A DNA stretch of 64,000 nucleotides from Leucoraja ocellata (taxonomy: Eukaryota). The stretch is from contig JAWMAR010000775.1 in the NCBI GenBank assembly GCA_036785375.1, positions 62,001 to 126,000 on the forward strand. The letters run 5' to 3'. Under the pieces are notes generated by a model, which saw only the letters and a program-made list of their open reading frames with translations, did not search any database and was not told where the DNA came from. The translations under genes were made by a program, and so were the position numbers. Positions within the stretch are counted from its first letter, which is position 1. Each line of letters begins with the position of its first letter. Below, in pieces: positions 12,262 to 25,424 of this stretch.

Positions 12262-12886
12262 TGATTTGGTATAAGTGTAAATTGTCCTTAGCGTGTGTAG
12301 GATAGTGTTAATGTGCGGGGATAGCAGGTCACTGCGGACTCGCTGGATTGAAGGTCCTGTTTCCGCACTGTATCTCTAAACTTCTTTTTTGCGTGTCCAT
12401 CTTGTTACAAATGTTGACCTCGCTGTCATCGTCCGTCCTGAAAAGGACGCCAGCTTCCGGCGACAATCAGTGGAAGCCGTCACTTGTTGCAATAGATGAT
12501 GGTGGTAGCAGAATTAGCTCGGGATACTTCCAGTTTCCAGCCCCGCAACGTGGACGTTTCTGCTATGGGGCCATCTCTAAACTAAAAACTAAACTCTGTG
12601 GAGGAGGAGAGAGGGTGGGGTGGGGGTGAGTGGTGGGAGCATTGGTTGTGGGCAAATGTGGGGAAGCGGATGAATACATGGTCTGCTACGAGGTGAACGG
12701 ACATGTTGATCAGTGGGTAAACACGGTGGAGCAGCTGGTAGTACTGCTGCCTCACAGCACCCGTGACGTGGCTTCAATCCAGACCTCCAGTGCTGCCCAC
12801 GGGAGTTTGCACATTGTCTCCGTTTTGTGCTGTGTGATTCTTTGACCTCTATGCACTCTTGTCAGAGAAGCTTGTCAGGGTGGCAG

Positions 12887-13186
12887 GGTGGCGCAGCGGT
12901 AGAGTTGCTGCCTTACAGCACCAGGGACCCAGTTTTAATCCTGACTACGGGTGCTGCCTGTACGGAGTTTGTACATTCTCCCCGTGGCCTGCATGGGTTT
13001 TCTCCTGGATTTCTGGCTTCCTCCCGCACTCCAAATATGTACAGGACTGGAGGTTAATTGGCTTAGGAAAATGTAAAATTGTCCCTAGTGTGTGTAGGGT
13101 AGTGTTAATGTGCGGGGATCGCTGGTCGGTACGGACTAGGAGGGCCGAAGGTCCTGTTTCCATGCTGTATCTTTAAACTAAACTAA
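12887..13186 (+). mobile_element. tRNA-derived SINE (HE1-like), near full length
   Basis: ggtggcgcagcggtagagttgctgccttacagc head and aaactaaact tail. Confidence 0.85.
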
Positions 13187-13921
13187 TCTAAAGGTTTAGT
13201 GAGGCTTCAACTCTAGCATACAAATCTATGCTGTCAGGCTGATAGACAGCTGATGATACTGCCTCCATCAACTGGAGCTAAGGGTGGGATTGGTATATAC
13301 CAAGTCACATTACTGTCTCTGATAAAGACTGGGGAAATTATTTCCGGTGACCTGGACAATATTTACTCTCAGTCAACATTCCATGGTCATTATTACATTA
13401 CTGTTTACTGCGAGAAGACTTACTGTTGTTGTGCGTCCTGTGCTGACTACATTTTAAAAGTCGAAGAAGCTTTGTGATGTTTAGAAAGGTGCAATAAAAA
13501 TGCAAATCTTTATTTTGTTATCGTGGAGCTTGAGCTCCTTGGCATGATCTGTTTACTCGACATATATTTGGCAGCTTTTAGCTGTGCGGACGCTAATGCC
13601 GTTAGCAATACAGCAGCTGTGAGATTCATGCCATACAAATCAGTCACCATATTGGTACTGAATTGGCACCAGAGTGCTAGAAAAACAAGGCTATAGAGCC
13701 AATTTTTGTAGCTAGCAGAGTAATGAGTTCCGGTTTATGTTGCAAAATGTTTGCGTTTTGAAATTAATGACAAAAGCTTTGCTATCATTTAATTTAGCTT
13801 GGAAGTGTAAGAGGTATAAATTAGATTTTTACCGCGTCTAATCCAAAACTTAACATTAACCTAACCAAAATTTGGTATTTTGCTCAGTATGATAGGATTT
13901 GGGAAAGAGAATGGTCACTTA

Positions 13922-14404
13922 AGGGGCTGTCCCACTTGGGCGACCTAATTGGTGAGTCCAGAAGAGTTTGAAAACCTCCTTCGACGATGTTGAAGACTAG
14001 CTTCGACTAGCTATGACTAACTTCGGGAAAATTGGACATCGAATAGTGGAGAGTGAAGACGACCTCCTTCGATCTCCTTCGACCTCCCTTCGACTATGAT
14101 GAAGACGATCTACGACTACCTTTGACTACCCTCGATTACCTACGACTAACATGCCGACCTACTACGACCTACTACAACTAAACCTACGAGTAAAAAAAGC
14201 ATACATTTTTACCATGGCGACCTTTTTTCACTCGCGGGCATTTTTTAACATTGTGAAAAAAACGTCGCGACCTAGCTGAGGCCTCGAGCACGCGGAGACC
14301 ACTCTCGAGCATGAAGGAGAGTTACGAAAACCTCCTACGACCTCGTGTCGACCATGTTGCGAGCATGAGTCGAGGACAAACTCGCCAGAAGTGGAACAGG
14401 CCCT
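13922..14404. mobile_element. PIF/Harbinger-type MITE
   Basis: TIRs AGGGGCTGTCCCACT / AGTGGAACAGGCCCT; TTA TSD on both sides; interior of repeated cttcgac/ctacgac motifs. Confidence 0.8.
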
Positions 14405-14425
14405 TTATCACTAAAATAGGAATGA

Positions 14426-14618
14426 AAAGCTGGAGTAAATCAGCAGGACAGGCAGCATCTCTGGTGAGAAGGAATGGGTGAAATTTTGAGTCAAGAACCT
14501 TTTTCTCGAAGGATCACCCATTCCTTCTCTCTCAAGATGCTGCCTCTCTCACTGAGTTACTCCAGCCTTTTGTGTCTATCTTCTGTTAAACCAGCATCTG
14601 CAGTTCCTTCATACACAT
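14426..14618. repeat. Fold-back Penelope-derived short repeat
   Basis: gctggagtaa..ggcagcatct..gaaggaatgggtga is inverted against tcacccattccttc..agatgctgcc..ttactccagc. Confidence 0.7.
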
Positions 14619-14870
14619 TTCATCACTTATTCTCTTGTGTAGCCTCCATTGTCCATTGTAGGCTGGGATGATAAATGACTGTGAATGTCATGGAGCTTCA
14701 AAACATTTAATTTCAAAGAGAAATCCTGTGATCCTGTGGCAACAATAGGCCGTTAATGCTGGTAAAGTCTCTCTTTGTACCAGATGAGTCACAAACAAGA
14801 AGAGGGACCCAGCCTTCCAATGTGACACTGACCCCAGGGTCACGTTGATCAGCATGGTCTAAAGCCCCCA

Positions 14871-15050
14871 TGTGCAGGAAGGATCTGCAGATGCTGGTTT
14901 ACATCAAAAATAGACACAAAATGCTGGAGTAACCCAGCGGGACTGGCAGCACATTCTATCTATCCAGATATGCTGCCCGTCCCGCTGAGTTACTCCAGCA
15001 TTTTGTGTCTATGTTCGGTGTAAACCTGCATCTTCAGTTCCTTCCTACAC
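14871..15050. repeat. Near-perfect palindrome of about 180 bp (Penelope-derived terminus, head-to-head)
   Basis: tagacacaaaatgctggagtaac.cagcgggac pairs with gtcccgctgagttactccagcattttgtgtcta. Confidence 0.8.
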
Positions 15051-16390
15051 CTGAATCTGGTGGTACATACCTTCATGCTTTTGTTTCTGCTGCCATTCCG
15101 ACCATGCCTAATAAACAGTGACCTTTAACATCAAGAAGAACGAGAATGTCAGGGAGCAAGGCTAACTGCAGGTTCCTTTCAAATAGAATAGAATAGAATA
15201 GAATAGTTTCTTTATTGTCATTGTAACATGAACCATGTACAACAAAATTTAAAAATGTCAGCCAGTCAGTGCACCATTCAAACATTTCTAAAAGCTAACG
15301 ATACATACAAGGTAAAATATTAAAAAATAAACAACTAAAATAAATATCACGAAAATCACCCTGTTTTAATTTTTTTTCACCATTTCTTTATCATCATGAG
15401 ATCTAAACCCTGGAATTCCCCACCCAACAGCATTCATTCTTGAAGCAGTGGGAGATCGTCTTTGTATTATTTGCACAGAATTTTACTCGAAACTTTTTTT
15501 TTTAATTCACTTATGGAATATGGGCATTGTCACTAATGTTGCTGCCACTTATCAGTCCTCGTCCAAACACTGGCCACTCATTGCTGGATGCAGGAATGGA
15601 CTTACATTGTTTAGGAGTCAGGAACGTAGCTGCACTCACCAACAAGCAGAGGAAAGACAAAACAGCTAAAGATGATCAGGCCCAGCACATTCTCCCTATT
15701 AACTCCTGCAACTTTGTACTGAGACTAACCCTTGCAATCCCTCTTCTTTGATTTTCCCTTTTAAAGTTAACTTCTACAATTACCAGTCAAAATATTTTTT
15801 TATGTTACTTGGTGTGAATATTTTCTTATGTTAATTACTTCATAATATCCAGCTGCTGCAAAGTGCCTCAAGACATTTTACTAACTAAAAGTCACAATAT
15901 ATACAAATTAGAACTGCCGGTGATAATAATACATGTTAGAATAAGATTGAGAATTCCCATTGGAAAACTGGATTTGGAAAACGTCACAAATTGGTTCAGT
16001 GTATTACCATCAAGTTATTTTAAAGGTGATTTCAAATGTTCATATAAATTATAACTGCAGCTGACAGATATGAAGATTATTGAAATGTTGATTACTGAAA
16101 TTCTATTTGTCTGGAAAGTTAAGCTCCCAAGATTTGAGAAGTGAGGTTAAAAGATATTATTTGTGATGGATGGAGTGATAAAATTCATCAGGTCCCAACC
16201 TGTTATAGAACTGAACTTGATCTTGTTCTAACTATGTGGTCTATTTCATAAAAATATGAATGTACTGTCAAAATATCACTATGATATTTTACATCATTGT
16301 ACTTGTGGATGGATTCTTAAAATGCATTCAAACTGTTTACATTCTTCGACTGATCTGAAATCCAAAGGTGACACTTGCACACATTTTAAT

Positions 16391-16820
16391 TTGGTTTAGT
16401 TTAGAGATACAGCATGAAAACAGGCCCTTCGGCCCACAGACCATCGATCCCCGCACACTAACAGCACCCTACACACACTAGGGACAATTTTACATTCATA
16501 CCAAGCTAATTAACCTACACACATGTACGTCTTACAGGGAAGATGGCAACTCAAGGACACAAAACCCTGTAAGGACCGCACACTATCCCCGCACACTAAC
16601 ACTATACTACACCCACTAGGGATAATTTACAATTTTATCATAGCCAATTAACCTGCAAACCTATACGTCTTTGAAGTGTGGGAGGAAACCGGAGCTCCCG
16701 GAGAAAACCTACGCAGGTCACGGGAAGAATGTACAAACTCCGTACAGAAAGCACCCATGGTCAGGATCGTACCTGGGTCTCAGGCGCAGTGAGGCAGCAA
16801 CTCTACCGCTGCGCCACTGT
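16391..16820 (-). mobile_element. tRNA-derived SINE (partly duplicated), 150 bp upstream of the DNTT exon
   Basis: Reverse complement of the SINE family at 12887. Confidence 0.8.
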
Positions 16821-16970
16821 GGAGGAAAAATTAATTCAACAGATTTTATTGGATCTACACATAAATTTAACGTGATCATATTGGTTATAGTAAACTGCAT
16901 ATAGTGTCTGAGATTTAATATGTTGCAACATGGCAATGCTCATCATCATGTATTGTTATTTGTTCTACAG

Positions 16971-17141
16971 GATACATTTGAGGTTTTGGCAGAAAACTGC
17001 GAGTTCGATGAAAACGCTGGCTCCTTTGTGGCATATTCACGGGCAACATCAATGTTAAAATCACTTCCTTATCCAATAACTGGAATGAATGACCTGGAGG
17101 GACTGCCTTGTCTTGGAGACCAAACAAGAGTTATAATTGAG
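16971..17141 (+). CDS. DNTT: Terminal deoxynucleotidyl transferase, internal exon (exon 4 equivalent; 8-kDa domain)
   Basis: Acceptor ttctacag|, donor |gtacga; 171 bp, phase 0-0. Encodes DTFEVLAENCEFDENAGSFVAYSRATSMLKSLPYPITGMNDLEGLPCLGDQTRVIIE, which matches the TdT LAENCEF...RA.S.LKSLP...EG.PCLG pattern rather than Pol mu. Confidence 0.93.
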
Positions 17142-17361
17142 GTACGAAACATTGTAAAAAGCTCTACAAGTCATTGTTGTTGACGCTGCTAGAACAGAGA
17201 TTGAATATTACAAACCTCTTCAAGTCAACCACATAATCTGAAGAGGACTGTATCTTCATTTGTTAATATTGAATTCTGAAATGCTGAGCATGACTACTGA
17301 TATCAATATTTTCTCAATGATTTAGTTTGATCATGTCGACGGGGCTGACATTAATATGTTG

Positions 17362-17494
17362 TCAGTTTGAAGAAGGGTCTCAACCCGAAACATCACCTAT
17401 TCCTTCTCTCCAGAGATGCTGCCTGTCCCGTTGAGTTATTCCAGCATTTTGTGTCTATGTTCGGTGTAAACCAGCATCTACAGTTCCTTCCTGC
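17362..17494 (+). repeat. Penelope-derived short repeat with degenerate hammerhead-like core
   Basis: tttgaagaagggtctcaacccgaaacatcacc..agatgctgcc..ccagcattttgtgtcta. Confidence 0.7.
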
Positions 17495-18942
17495 ATAATG
17501 ATATGTTATCCTTTCATTCATGCTCAGTGTGGATATCGTCATATTCTTTAACTTTTTAATGTATAACTTGCATACTCATCCTTTTGACATCCTAACCCTT
17601 TAACCAAAACAAACTACTGTCAAATCCCTGCCCCACATTTCTCCTAACATCAATTATGTCAAATCCTCCACACCTCAGACTGAAGATACACTGCTTGAGG
17701 AAACAGGTACACAGCATTTCAAAAGTAGCCAAGTGAACACTTGAAATGGCATTGCATATGAAGCCATGGATCAAGTGCTGATAAATGGGACTACTATAGA
17801 TGGATGTTAGATAGTCTGCATGGACATGCTGGGCTGAAGAGCCTGCTTCTGTGATATACCTCTATGATGTGTGGCACTTTACTTCCTCACACTACATTAT
17901 TTAGTTAACTCTCTGCTACCACTTGGTACCCACTCCTCAATTCTTGGTTTTACCCCGTGTAAAGAAGTGTTGAAACACACAATGTCTTCACAACTAGTTT
18001 TGTTACTAACATTTAGATTGATACACATTTGTGCCCTAGCTGTCCGTGGTCTGTCACTGGAGCTAGAGAGAGAGCTGGAGGTGGGGAGGTTACAATTATA
18101 CTGAAGATAATGGGGAGTGGTTAGTAGTGGTGAGGTCACTATGTTAAAGGAACATGCACTGATCTACACCCCCTTTTTCCTGTAAGATCATCTGGCTTGC
18201 CATATGCACTGGATCACACTTCTGGTCCATTTTGTGAAGAATACTGTGGTGCTTGAGTGCATCCGTTTGTCTTTACACTGTGAGAAAATGAAATTGGTGG
18301 TGTCTCATCCTAGTTCTATGTGACTCAACATGTGGACTGTCGCTACGGAGCCATGTCCACCCCTCAACAGGTACCAACTTCTTCCTCCCTTTGCTCCTGA
18401 ATCTTGGGGATTAATGTCCAGTCATCCTTTCCCAAAGAATCGTTAGACATGAGAGGATGTAAGTGACGAGGATGAGATTGAGAAATAGTAGGGAAGTTAA
18501 CTCCGTTCAGTTCAGTTTAGTTTATTGTCAAGTGTACCGAGGTACAGTGAAAAGCTTGTTGCGTGCAAACCAGTCTGCAGAAAGACAATACAAGATTACA
18601 AACAAGCCATTTACAGTGTAACGTGATTACAAATGAGCCATTTACAGTGTACTAACTATCACCCATCACATTTGAGCACAGTACAAGAGGAGGTGGAGAT
18701 TGGCGAATGCCTGGATCCGATCACGTGCCATCTTTTTCATTGCCCATTGCCTTCAGTTGCCCTCTCCGCCCCCCCCTGCTCCCCTTTCTCATGTCACATT
18801 GGGCTTTTCTCCAGGGAAACACAACTCGAGAGCAATCTTTCAAATGCAGCAGAACATAAAAATGGTGTTACAAAGGTTCGAAATTGCCAGCATAATTATA
18901 TGGCTTGCTATTGATTAAAATTGATTTAATGTGTTCATACAG

Positions 18943-19014
18943 GAACTTCTGGAAGAAGGAGTTTGCTCCAGGGTTGAAAGTTTGTTATGCGATGAGAAGT
19001 ATAAAGCAAGAAAG
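18943..19014 (+). CDS. DNTT: TdT internal exon (exon 5 equivalent)
   Basis: Acceptor catacag|, donor |gtaaat; 72 bp, phase 0-0. Encodes ELLEEGVCSRVESLLCDEKYKARK, in frame with the previous exon. Confidence 0.9.
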
Positions 19015-19246
19015 GTAAATACTAGACAATGGGTGACAACACAAGGTTCAAATTGTTTACAGTGATTATAGAGAATGTACTGGGAAATATGAACATGTTG
19101 CAGGGCAGCAACCCATTGTAGGTATCAGTGGAAAGGAATATCATGTTAGGTGGGCAACATAGAGGATGCTTAGAATGTCTAATAGGTGTTGGTATGCACC
19201 GGAGGAATATGCATAATGAATGTTAAGGATTGAAAGTGTAATGAAC

Positions 19247-22200
19247 AATAGTAAGATTAAACGAGAACTTACCAGTTTGAAGTTTGATCTGTATTTTATG
19301 AGGCGTAACGATGAGGGATTAGGTGAAAAGCCCGCTCAGCACGCATGCGCGACATACTTCAAAGCAGCGGTGTGGAATCACAGACAGACACAGTTCTTGA
19401 AGTAAACATAGTAAAGAAAAGGAGACCTTAGTTATCATTGACCCATATTATTGAGGGTGGGAGCGGAGGGCATGTAATCCCTCATCGTAACTCCTCATAA
19501 AATACAGATCAAACGTCAAACTGGTAAGTTCTCGTTAAATCTTACTATTTTACTTCGGAGTCACGTGAGTGACTACGTGAAGATTTTAAAGCTCTGTGAT
19601 TTCAAACCGTGTAACAGATCATACTTCACTCGCTGCCGAAGTCTTTCGAGGGAGGAAGTATGTTATCGTAATCAACCATGAATCTGTTTGTAAAAACAAT
19701 AATGGTGTTATTAACAACAAGACCAAATGCTCCCCCGGGCTTAAATTATATATTTTTTGCAGATTCTTTTTCTGCAAATGATACAGGTTATTTCAGTGGT
19801 TTGTTATAAAAGTTTGGAACGTATACTCCCTAGACCACCCCGGTGTAGCCAGGATGTGGTCCATTGGCACGTCCATCCTCTTAGTCACTGATGTGGATGC
19901 TGCCCTGGTGGAGTAAGATTTATACACGTTAATATGTACTCCAGCGACTCCCAGTACCTGCTTGAGCCATTTGAGATAGTTTGGCTCATCACCTGACCAT
20001 AACGTTTCTTGTGGCTGACCCATAAGGCTTTTTCTCTCCCTCGAGAATTACTTATTGTGTCAATGTAGTTCAATAAGTGGGTCATGACACATAACCGTGG
20101 TGCAGGTGGGTATGCCCAGAAATCCATGACTAGACCTGATGTTCCTGGTCTGCTCTGTTTGCCCAGTCCCTAATGGTAATGTAACATGGTGTAGTGGACC
20201 ATATTGTCCAATCATAGTGGATGGAGGAAACTGGACTCTTTGTGCTGAGACAAGGCCATCAGCATGTCCCTTCATGGTGGGCTGTTCCAGGGTGAGGGAC
20301 CTGGCTGGTGACCATCCCCTAAGGTACGTCAGGTCCACACTGACATCCCAGATTTGGGTGTACCTGGGTCTGGGGGATTAACCTCTCCTGAATTTGATCA
20401 CCAGCGGGAGTTACCCTATGGCCTGTGGTCCTGGTGCCCGTGTTAAGTAGGCTGACAGAGCACTTCTGGCTGAATCCTTTTTTGTGGTGAAGTCCTGCCA
20501 GAACTCCAGTACAAGTTTTTGTTGTAGTTGAATGTGTAGTTCCTGTGTTTGAGCAGTTTCTTCCCACTTCTTGATGTTCGTCAGGTATGTTCCCTAGTGG
20601 ACATGTGACAGAATGCTGTCATCATGTTGATAGTGCTGTCTGATCCAGGCCGAGCAGTGGTCTTCCCAATTCTGCAATCCAGGCCCAGCAGTGGTCTTTT
20701 AATGGCCATGTCCAGGACCACTGGGAACCATGACTGTGGGTTTAGTCCACTGTATTTTGCGTAGTACCCAACTGATGAGGCCCTAGTACCTATTGATGAG
20801 GTAGAAGAAGGGGAGAACATAGAGATTAGATCCCCCCCCCCCCTCAATACGTGGGAATGTATCCATAGCCGCTGCCTTGAGTTTGGTTTCATGCGACATA
20901 CATTGGTACGTGGTGCTTTAATTGGAATATAAGGAAGTTGATATCTGGTGACCATATTGCTTTGTAATCTCAGCAAATATTTTGGTTTAAATGTTCGTTT
21001 ACAGTATTTAGCTCACCTGATAGGTAAGTTACTGATGGTGAAACATGTTTGACGACATACGGTTACCAATTGTTAAATAAATTGTCACATGATATCGATT
21101 TTATTCCGCCCAAGTGGGTTGGTATATGTCACCACTGTGATGTTGTTAGTTTATAAACGAACATGCAAAACGGTGCACTACTGAGCAATATGCTTCACTA
21201 ATGGAAAGTAATTTTATTATATAGCACGTTTAAAGTCAACTCGCATTGGCACCAAGTGCTAGCAAAGCTCAGTATCTATATTAGGACACACAAGAATGTT
21301 ACTCAAGAAAAAAATGTGGAAAGCATACAAATACAATCCTCCTTCTCTGAAGAGCTTGAGGCTGCTACACAATTGCATTTACAAATGAATTCCATAATGA
21401 CACTGGCCACTTAAAACAACTTTGGATGTTTGCATACCATAGAAAAAGGTTAACAAACAAGAAAAAAATGGACATAACACATGTATAGAGTTTGACACAT
21501 ACGTCCCCCCACAGCAGAATCAATCTCCACTGTGGAGAAGGCATCAGAAATGTTAAGTTCTCTTCCTATGAAAAACCCCGAGGTCAGGTCCATTTGTGGC
21601 CTTACAGCCAGTCCGATCAATATACTCAATAGAACATACTCAAAATTACTAACTAGGTTAATGCCCAGTGTCTAAGTGATGACAACTCCAGATAGCCCAT
21701 TTGCCACCATATTCTAGGTATGGAATATAGTTGAACACTAGTATCCAGCTCACTGGAAAGGTACAATGTTCAGTAGCTAGTAAAGCTGCTACTGATCACA
21801 ATACTCTATCACGTAGACGATAGGTGGTTGATGTGCCATAACTGATAGTATTAATGAATTCTAGATAGACAATGTTGTGGATGGGCTCAACGTAGATATC
21901 TGGATATATGACAGAGCCCAGGCTAAATAAGTTAGTAGCTAATGCTGCTGATAGCTACATCCAAGGATAGTCTGTCATGAATATATAGACATGCCATGAC
22001 GTAATGTTCCTTAAAGTGTCAGGGCTGTTTTGATTCTGGATAGCTTCAACTCATATTAGCCAAGTCTAGTCACATACATATGCGAGATGTGCAGTGAATG
22101 AAAAATGGCAATGCTTGCCATGGTTACCCCATCCAGGTAAATTGTGGTATATCCGAACCCTTATGAAGGGGTACTGAATAGTATGCATCTTTAAAGTCAA

Positions 22201-23982
22201 TGTTTACCATAAAGTATCCTAGCAATCCATGGTAGCAGTTACAGATTCCATAAGTGGGTATACCTGATGAATATTTCATGTGGTTTTAACCAATGATGGT
22301 GCGACATTTACCGTCTGTGGTTATTAGGGTACCCAAGGATATATGGGATTTCTTATGACCCCTGGTATATTTCCCCAGAAGCTAGACCCTCATGTTTATT
22401 AGAGGGAGGGTAGACCCCATGCTGTACTGGTGGCAAGATATTAATTCTATTTGGAATATAACCACCAAGAGTGATAGCTTCCCAACCAGGTGTGATTCCC
22501 TCCCCTCTGTTAGTACAAACCCTTCATCTTTATGTGATGGTAGGAACCATACTTATCTGTCTTCACTGTTTCTTCGGTTTCTGGTTCCTTGTCTGTAGGG
22601 ATGGTGTTTGTTGGGGGGTGGCGCATTTTCCATGGGGTCTGCTCTGGGCCCTGGCCTGAAAGGCTTATGGGATTGGCATGCAGGCCCCGAGTACTGCTGA
22701 CTGGTTTAGTGTGGTGCTCATTCCAGACCCTGCCCTCTTGAGCCGAATATTTTGGACACTTCATCCAGTTTTTTAGGCTTAGTTTGGTAACTTAGCCAGA
22801 TAGCAGGATCTGTGGTTGTGAGGTCGGCGTTCTCACAGTCCTGTACATTTCTTAAGTTGAGGGCAGGTTTTATGACTTCCTGAGAAGTTGCGGAGCACTG
22901 CGAGCAGTAGGGTCAGGTGTTTTGCCACACTACCCTGTCCCTCTGGGATGAGCATGCGAAAATGATAGCCGACGTCAGGGATATCAATTTCATTTTGAGA
23001 TATTTGGGTTTTTAAAAGCTATGCTCAATGTATCCCCCAATGACGGTGGGCACTTTGAGTAAATGCAATTTAGGGGAGGCGTGATGAAATCCAACACCTC
23101 ATGACTACCTGTCTTGGGGAGGTTTTTTGAGAAGAACAGGTAGTAAACTGGCTGCCAGTTGAGACTGAAAAGCCATCTCGCTAGTGGTGGAGCCACTTAG
23201 CGGCCACACCCAGCAGCTCTTCCTGATCCTGTACCTCAGCATACTCCTCTTCAGCCAGTGACCCCTCTTCTTGACCAGCCCAGCTCTGGTCCCCATCGAT
23301 CCCACGACAAGGGAGATGGCCAGTGTGGAAACACTGGAGTGGGAGTGTTAAACTCCCTTGGCGGACTTGCCCCTGCTCCTGAGGCAAGTCTTGCCGGAGT
23401 TTTTAGCTCCATGACCTTCCTCTGGCTTGGAGAAACAGATACTCTTGTTTCTTGTTTGAAGTGTTGATTCCATCTTCCGTGTTTGTCTCCAGCCTGAGGA
23501 TGGTCCTGACCTTGCTGTTAGAGGCTGTCTGCTGTTTTCGGGCGGCATTTCAGCGGTTCTCGGGCGGCGAGTGTCCTTGTCGGGAGTCTGCAGGGGTGCC
23601 GGCCGGTTTTTTAATTTCCCTCCAGTTCGCTGCTGTTGGTCAGAGCTGTTTTAGCGGACTGGGCATCAGCGCAGCACCCGTGTCTGTGGACCGCAGCGTG
23701 TGCGGTCCCGTTGCCGCCTCTCCCCCCTCCACTGTCGGCTCCTTTCCTGGAGTCGAACGGGGGCCGCTTCCCTCTGCTGCTTTCCTCCCCCTGGAGCAAA
23801 AACAAACGCAAAGTCGCTAGTTTAAACTGAAGGTAAATACTTACCTAACTGTCCTTTCCTTCAGGCTTGTAGCGGGAGCTGCCTACTCCCGCTGTGTCGC
23901 TGTTGCCTGCGTGAACGCAATGTCGCGCATGCGTGCTGAGCGGGATCTTCACGTAGTCACTCACGTGACTCCGAAGTAAAAT
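19247..23982 (-). mobile_element. DIRS1-like retrotransposon, copy 2 (heavily decayed ORFs, intact termini and ICR)
   Basis: Termini AATagtaagattaaacg.. and ..gactccgaagtaaAAT; ICR at about 19471-19580; YR remnant YKSYSTRAASTS..PGWS. An unrelated AT-rich insertion lies at about 21205-21620. Confidence 0.92.
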
Positions 23983-24025
23983 GTTCTCCAAACAGTCTGA
24001 CTGTCCCCCCCCCCCCCCCCCCCCC

Positions 24026-24260
24026 GGTTACATTTTATCTCTGTTTGCTTTGTTGTCACTTTCTCCTAGCTAACAATGATATATTCTGCATTTTCCTCAA
24101 GCTGCATCTCTTTTGATGTCTCATTTTCACACCTTACCCGTCCTTATATCTGTGTCTCCCTCTAACTTTCAGTCTGAAGAAGGGTCTCGACCAAAAATGT
24201 CACCCATTCCTTCTATCCGGAGACGCTGCCTGTCCCACAGAGTTACTCCAGCATTTTCAG
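24026..24260 (+). repeat. Penelope 3' UTR fragment with hammerhead-like core
   Basis: Pyrimidine-rich UTR followed by cagtctgaagaagggtctcgacc..gtcacccattcc. Confidence 0.65.
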
Positions 24261-24494
24261 GCTAACTTCTGATTAATGTTATGTAATGGGTAAAGTGGCA
24301 ACGGAGGGTAAACATTTGCAGCAAAATTAATACTTCTTACGTCTAATTTAATGAAGCTGATCACATGGTATATAAAACTATAGAACTTCTGAAATGTAAT
24401 TTTGTGTGACCCAGAGTTAACATGTTAATAACCTTTTCTTTTTAGTTGGAATAAGCCTGCCTGGGAAAGTTTGTATATTTATTCTTAAGACTTA

Positions 24495-24902
24495 AGGGCC
24501 TGTCCCACGAGCATGCGACTGCATGCGGCGAGCGCGACCTAACGTGGTCGCTTGAGCCGTACGGCCTCGCAGGGCCGGTCCCACTTCGATCGCCGGAGCC
24601 GTATGGAGTTGTGCGGAGCTGGTCCCGACAACGCACGGGCTACGAAAAACTGACACTGTCCAAATACTCCACGTGGCAACGGCCTGCCGGCCCGCAGCCG
24701 CGTTGAGGCCGTACCCACCGCCTCGACGGGTGTGCGCAGCGTCTCGACACTGTACGCAGCGTCTTGACGCCGTACACAGCGTCTTGACAGCATACGCCTT
24801 CGCTCGAACTTCACGTCAACTCGTACGGGATCACTCGACCTCCGCGCGGCCCGGTTTGATTGCGCTCACCGCATGCAGTCGCATGCTCGTGGGACAGGCA
24901 CT
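24495..24902. mobile_element. PIF/Harbinger-type MITE, GC/CpG-rich
   Basis: TTA|AGGGCCTGTCCCACGAGCATGCGACTGCATGCGG ... CCGCATGCAGTCGCATGCTCGTGGGACAGGCACT|TTA. Confidence 0.85.
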
Positions 24903-25018
24903 TTAGTTATTTTTGATATTTTGAAGCATTTATTAATATACTGTAAGAATGTATATAATGGAGCTATGAACCTTAACACAGCAATTACCTCCAGTCAATG
25001 TAAATTATTTTACTGCAG

Positions 25019-25142
25019 CTATTCACCAGTGTCTTTGGTGTTGGTGTGAAGACAGCTGACAAGTGGTATGGACTAGGCTTTCGGACTTTGGAGGAAATAA
25101 AAGCAGCAAAGGATATTACGTTTACCAAAATGCAGAGGGCAG
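25019..25142 (+). CDS. DNTT: TdT internal exon (exon 6 equivalent; fingers HhH motif)
   Basis: Acceptor ttttactgcag|, donor |gtaata; 124 bp, phase 0-1. Encodes LFTSVFGVGVKTADKWYGLGFRTLEEIKAAKDITFTKMQRA(G), containing the PolX HhH GVG motif. Confidence 0.95.
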
Positions 25143-25424
25143 GTAATATTTGGAATAGTGAATTGTACATATATTGTGCACAGTATTAACACAATGGGCA
25201 AAACCATACTCGTCAATGATTATGTTTATTTCAATTCTCCCTTTGCTTCTTCCCTGCTTCTATATGGATTGTGATTAATATGTTGACACCAAGGCAAAGG
25301 TAAGCTCAAATTTGTTGCAGTAGCATCTGTGTGTTGAGAATCGTGGCAGGTTGGTTTTGAATTTCCTTCCTAACCTTGATACAAGAATGTCATAAACTGA
25401 TGCTATGAATTTGCCTTTGTTTTC

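Larger units (their letters stand above)
6998..12381 (+). mobile_element. tRNA-derived SINE split by DIRS copy 1 (halves 6998-7189 and 12259-12381)
   Basis: The SINE head ends ..caggttAAT and resumes AATtgatttgg..aaattgtcc..ctgtatctctaaac, collinear with the intact copy at 12887-13186. Confidence 0.85.

Noticed and set aside
12887-12950. tRNA-like sequence
   Set aside because: It is the head of a multi-copy SINE with body and tail, not a cloverleaf tRNA gene.
13975-14185. Short periodic cttcgac/ctacgac array
   Set aside because: It is internal to a TIR-bounded MITE, not an independent array or coding repeat.
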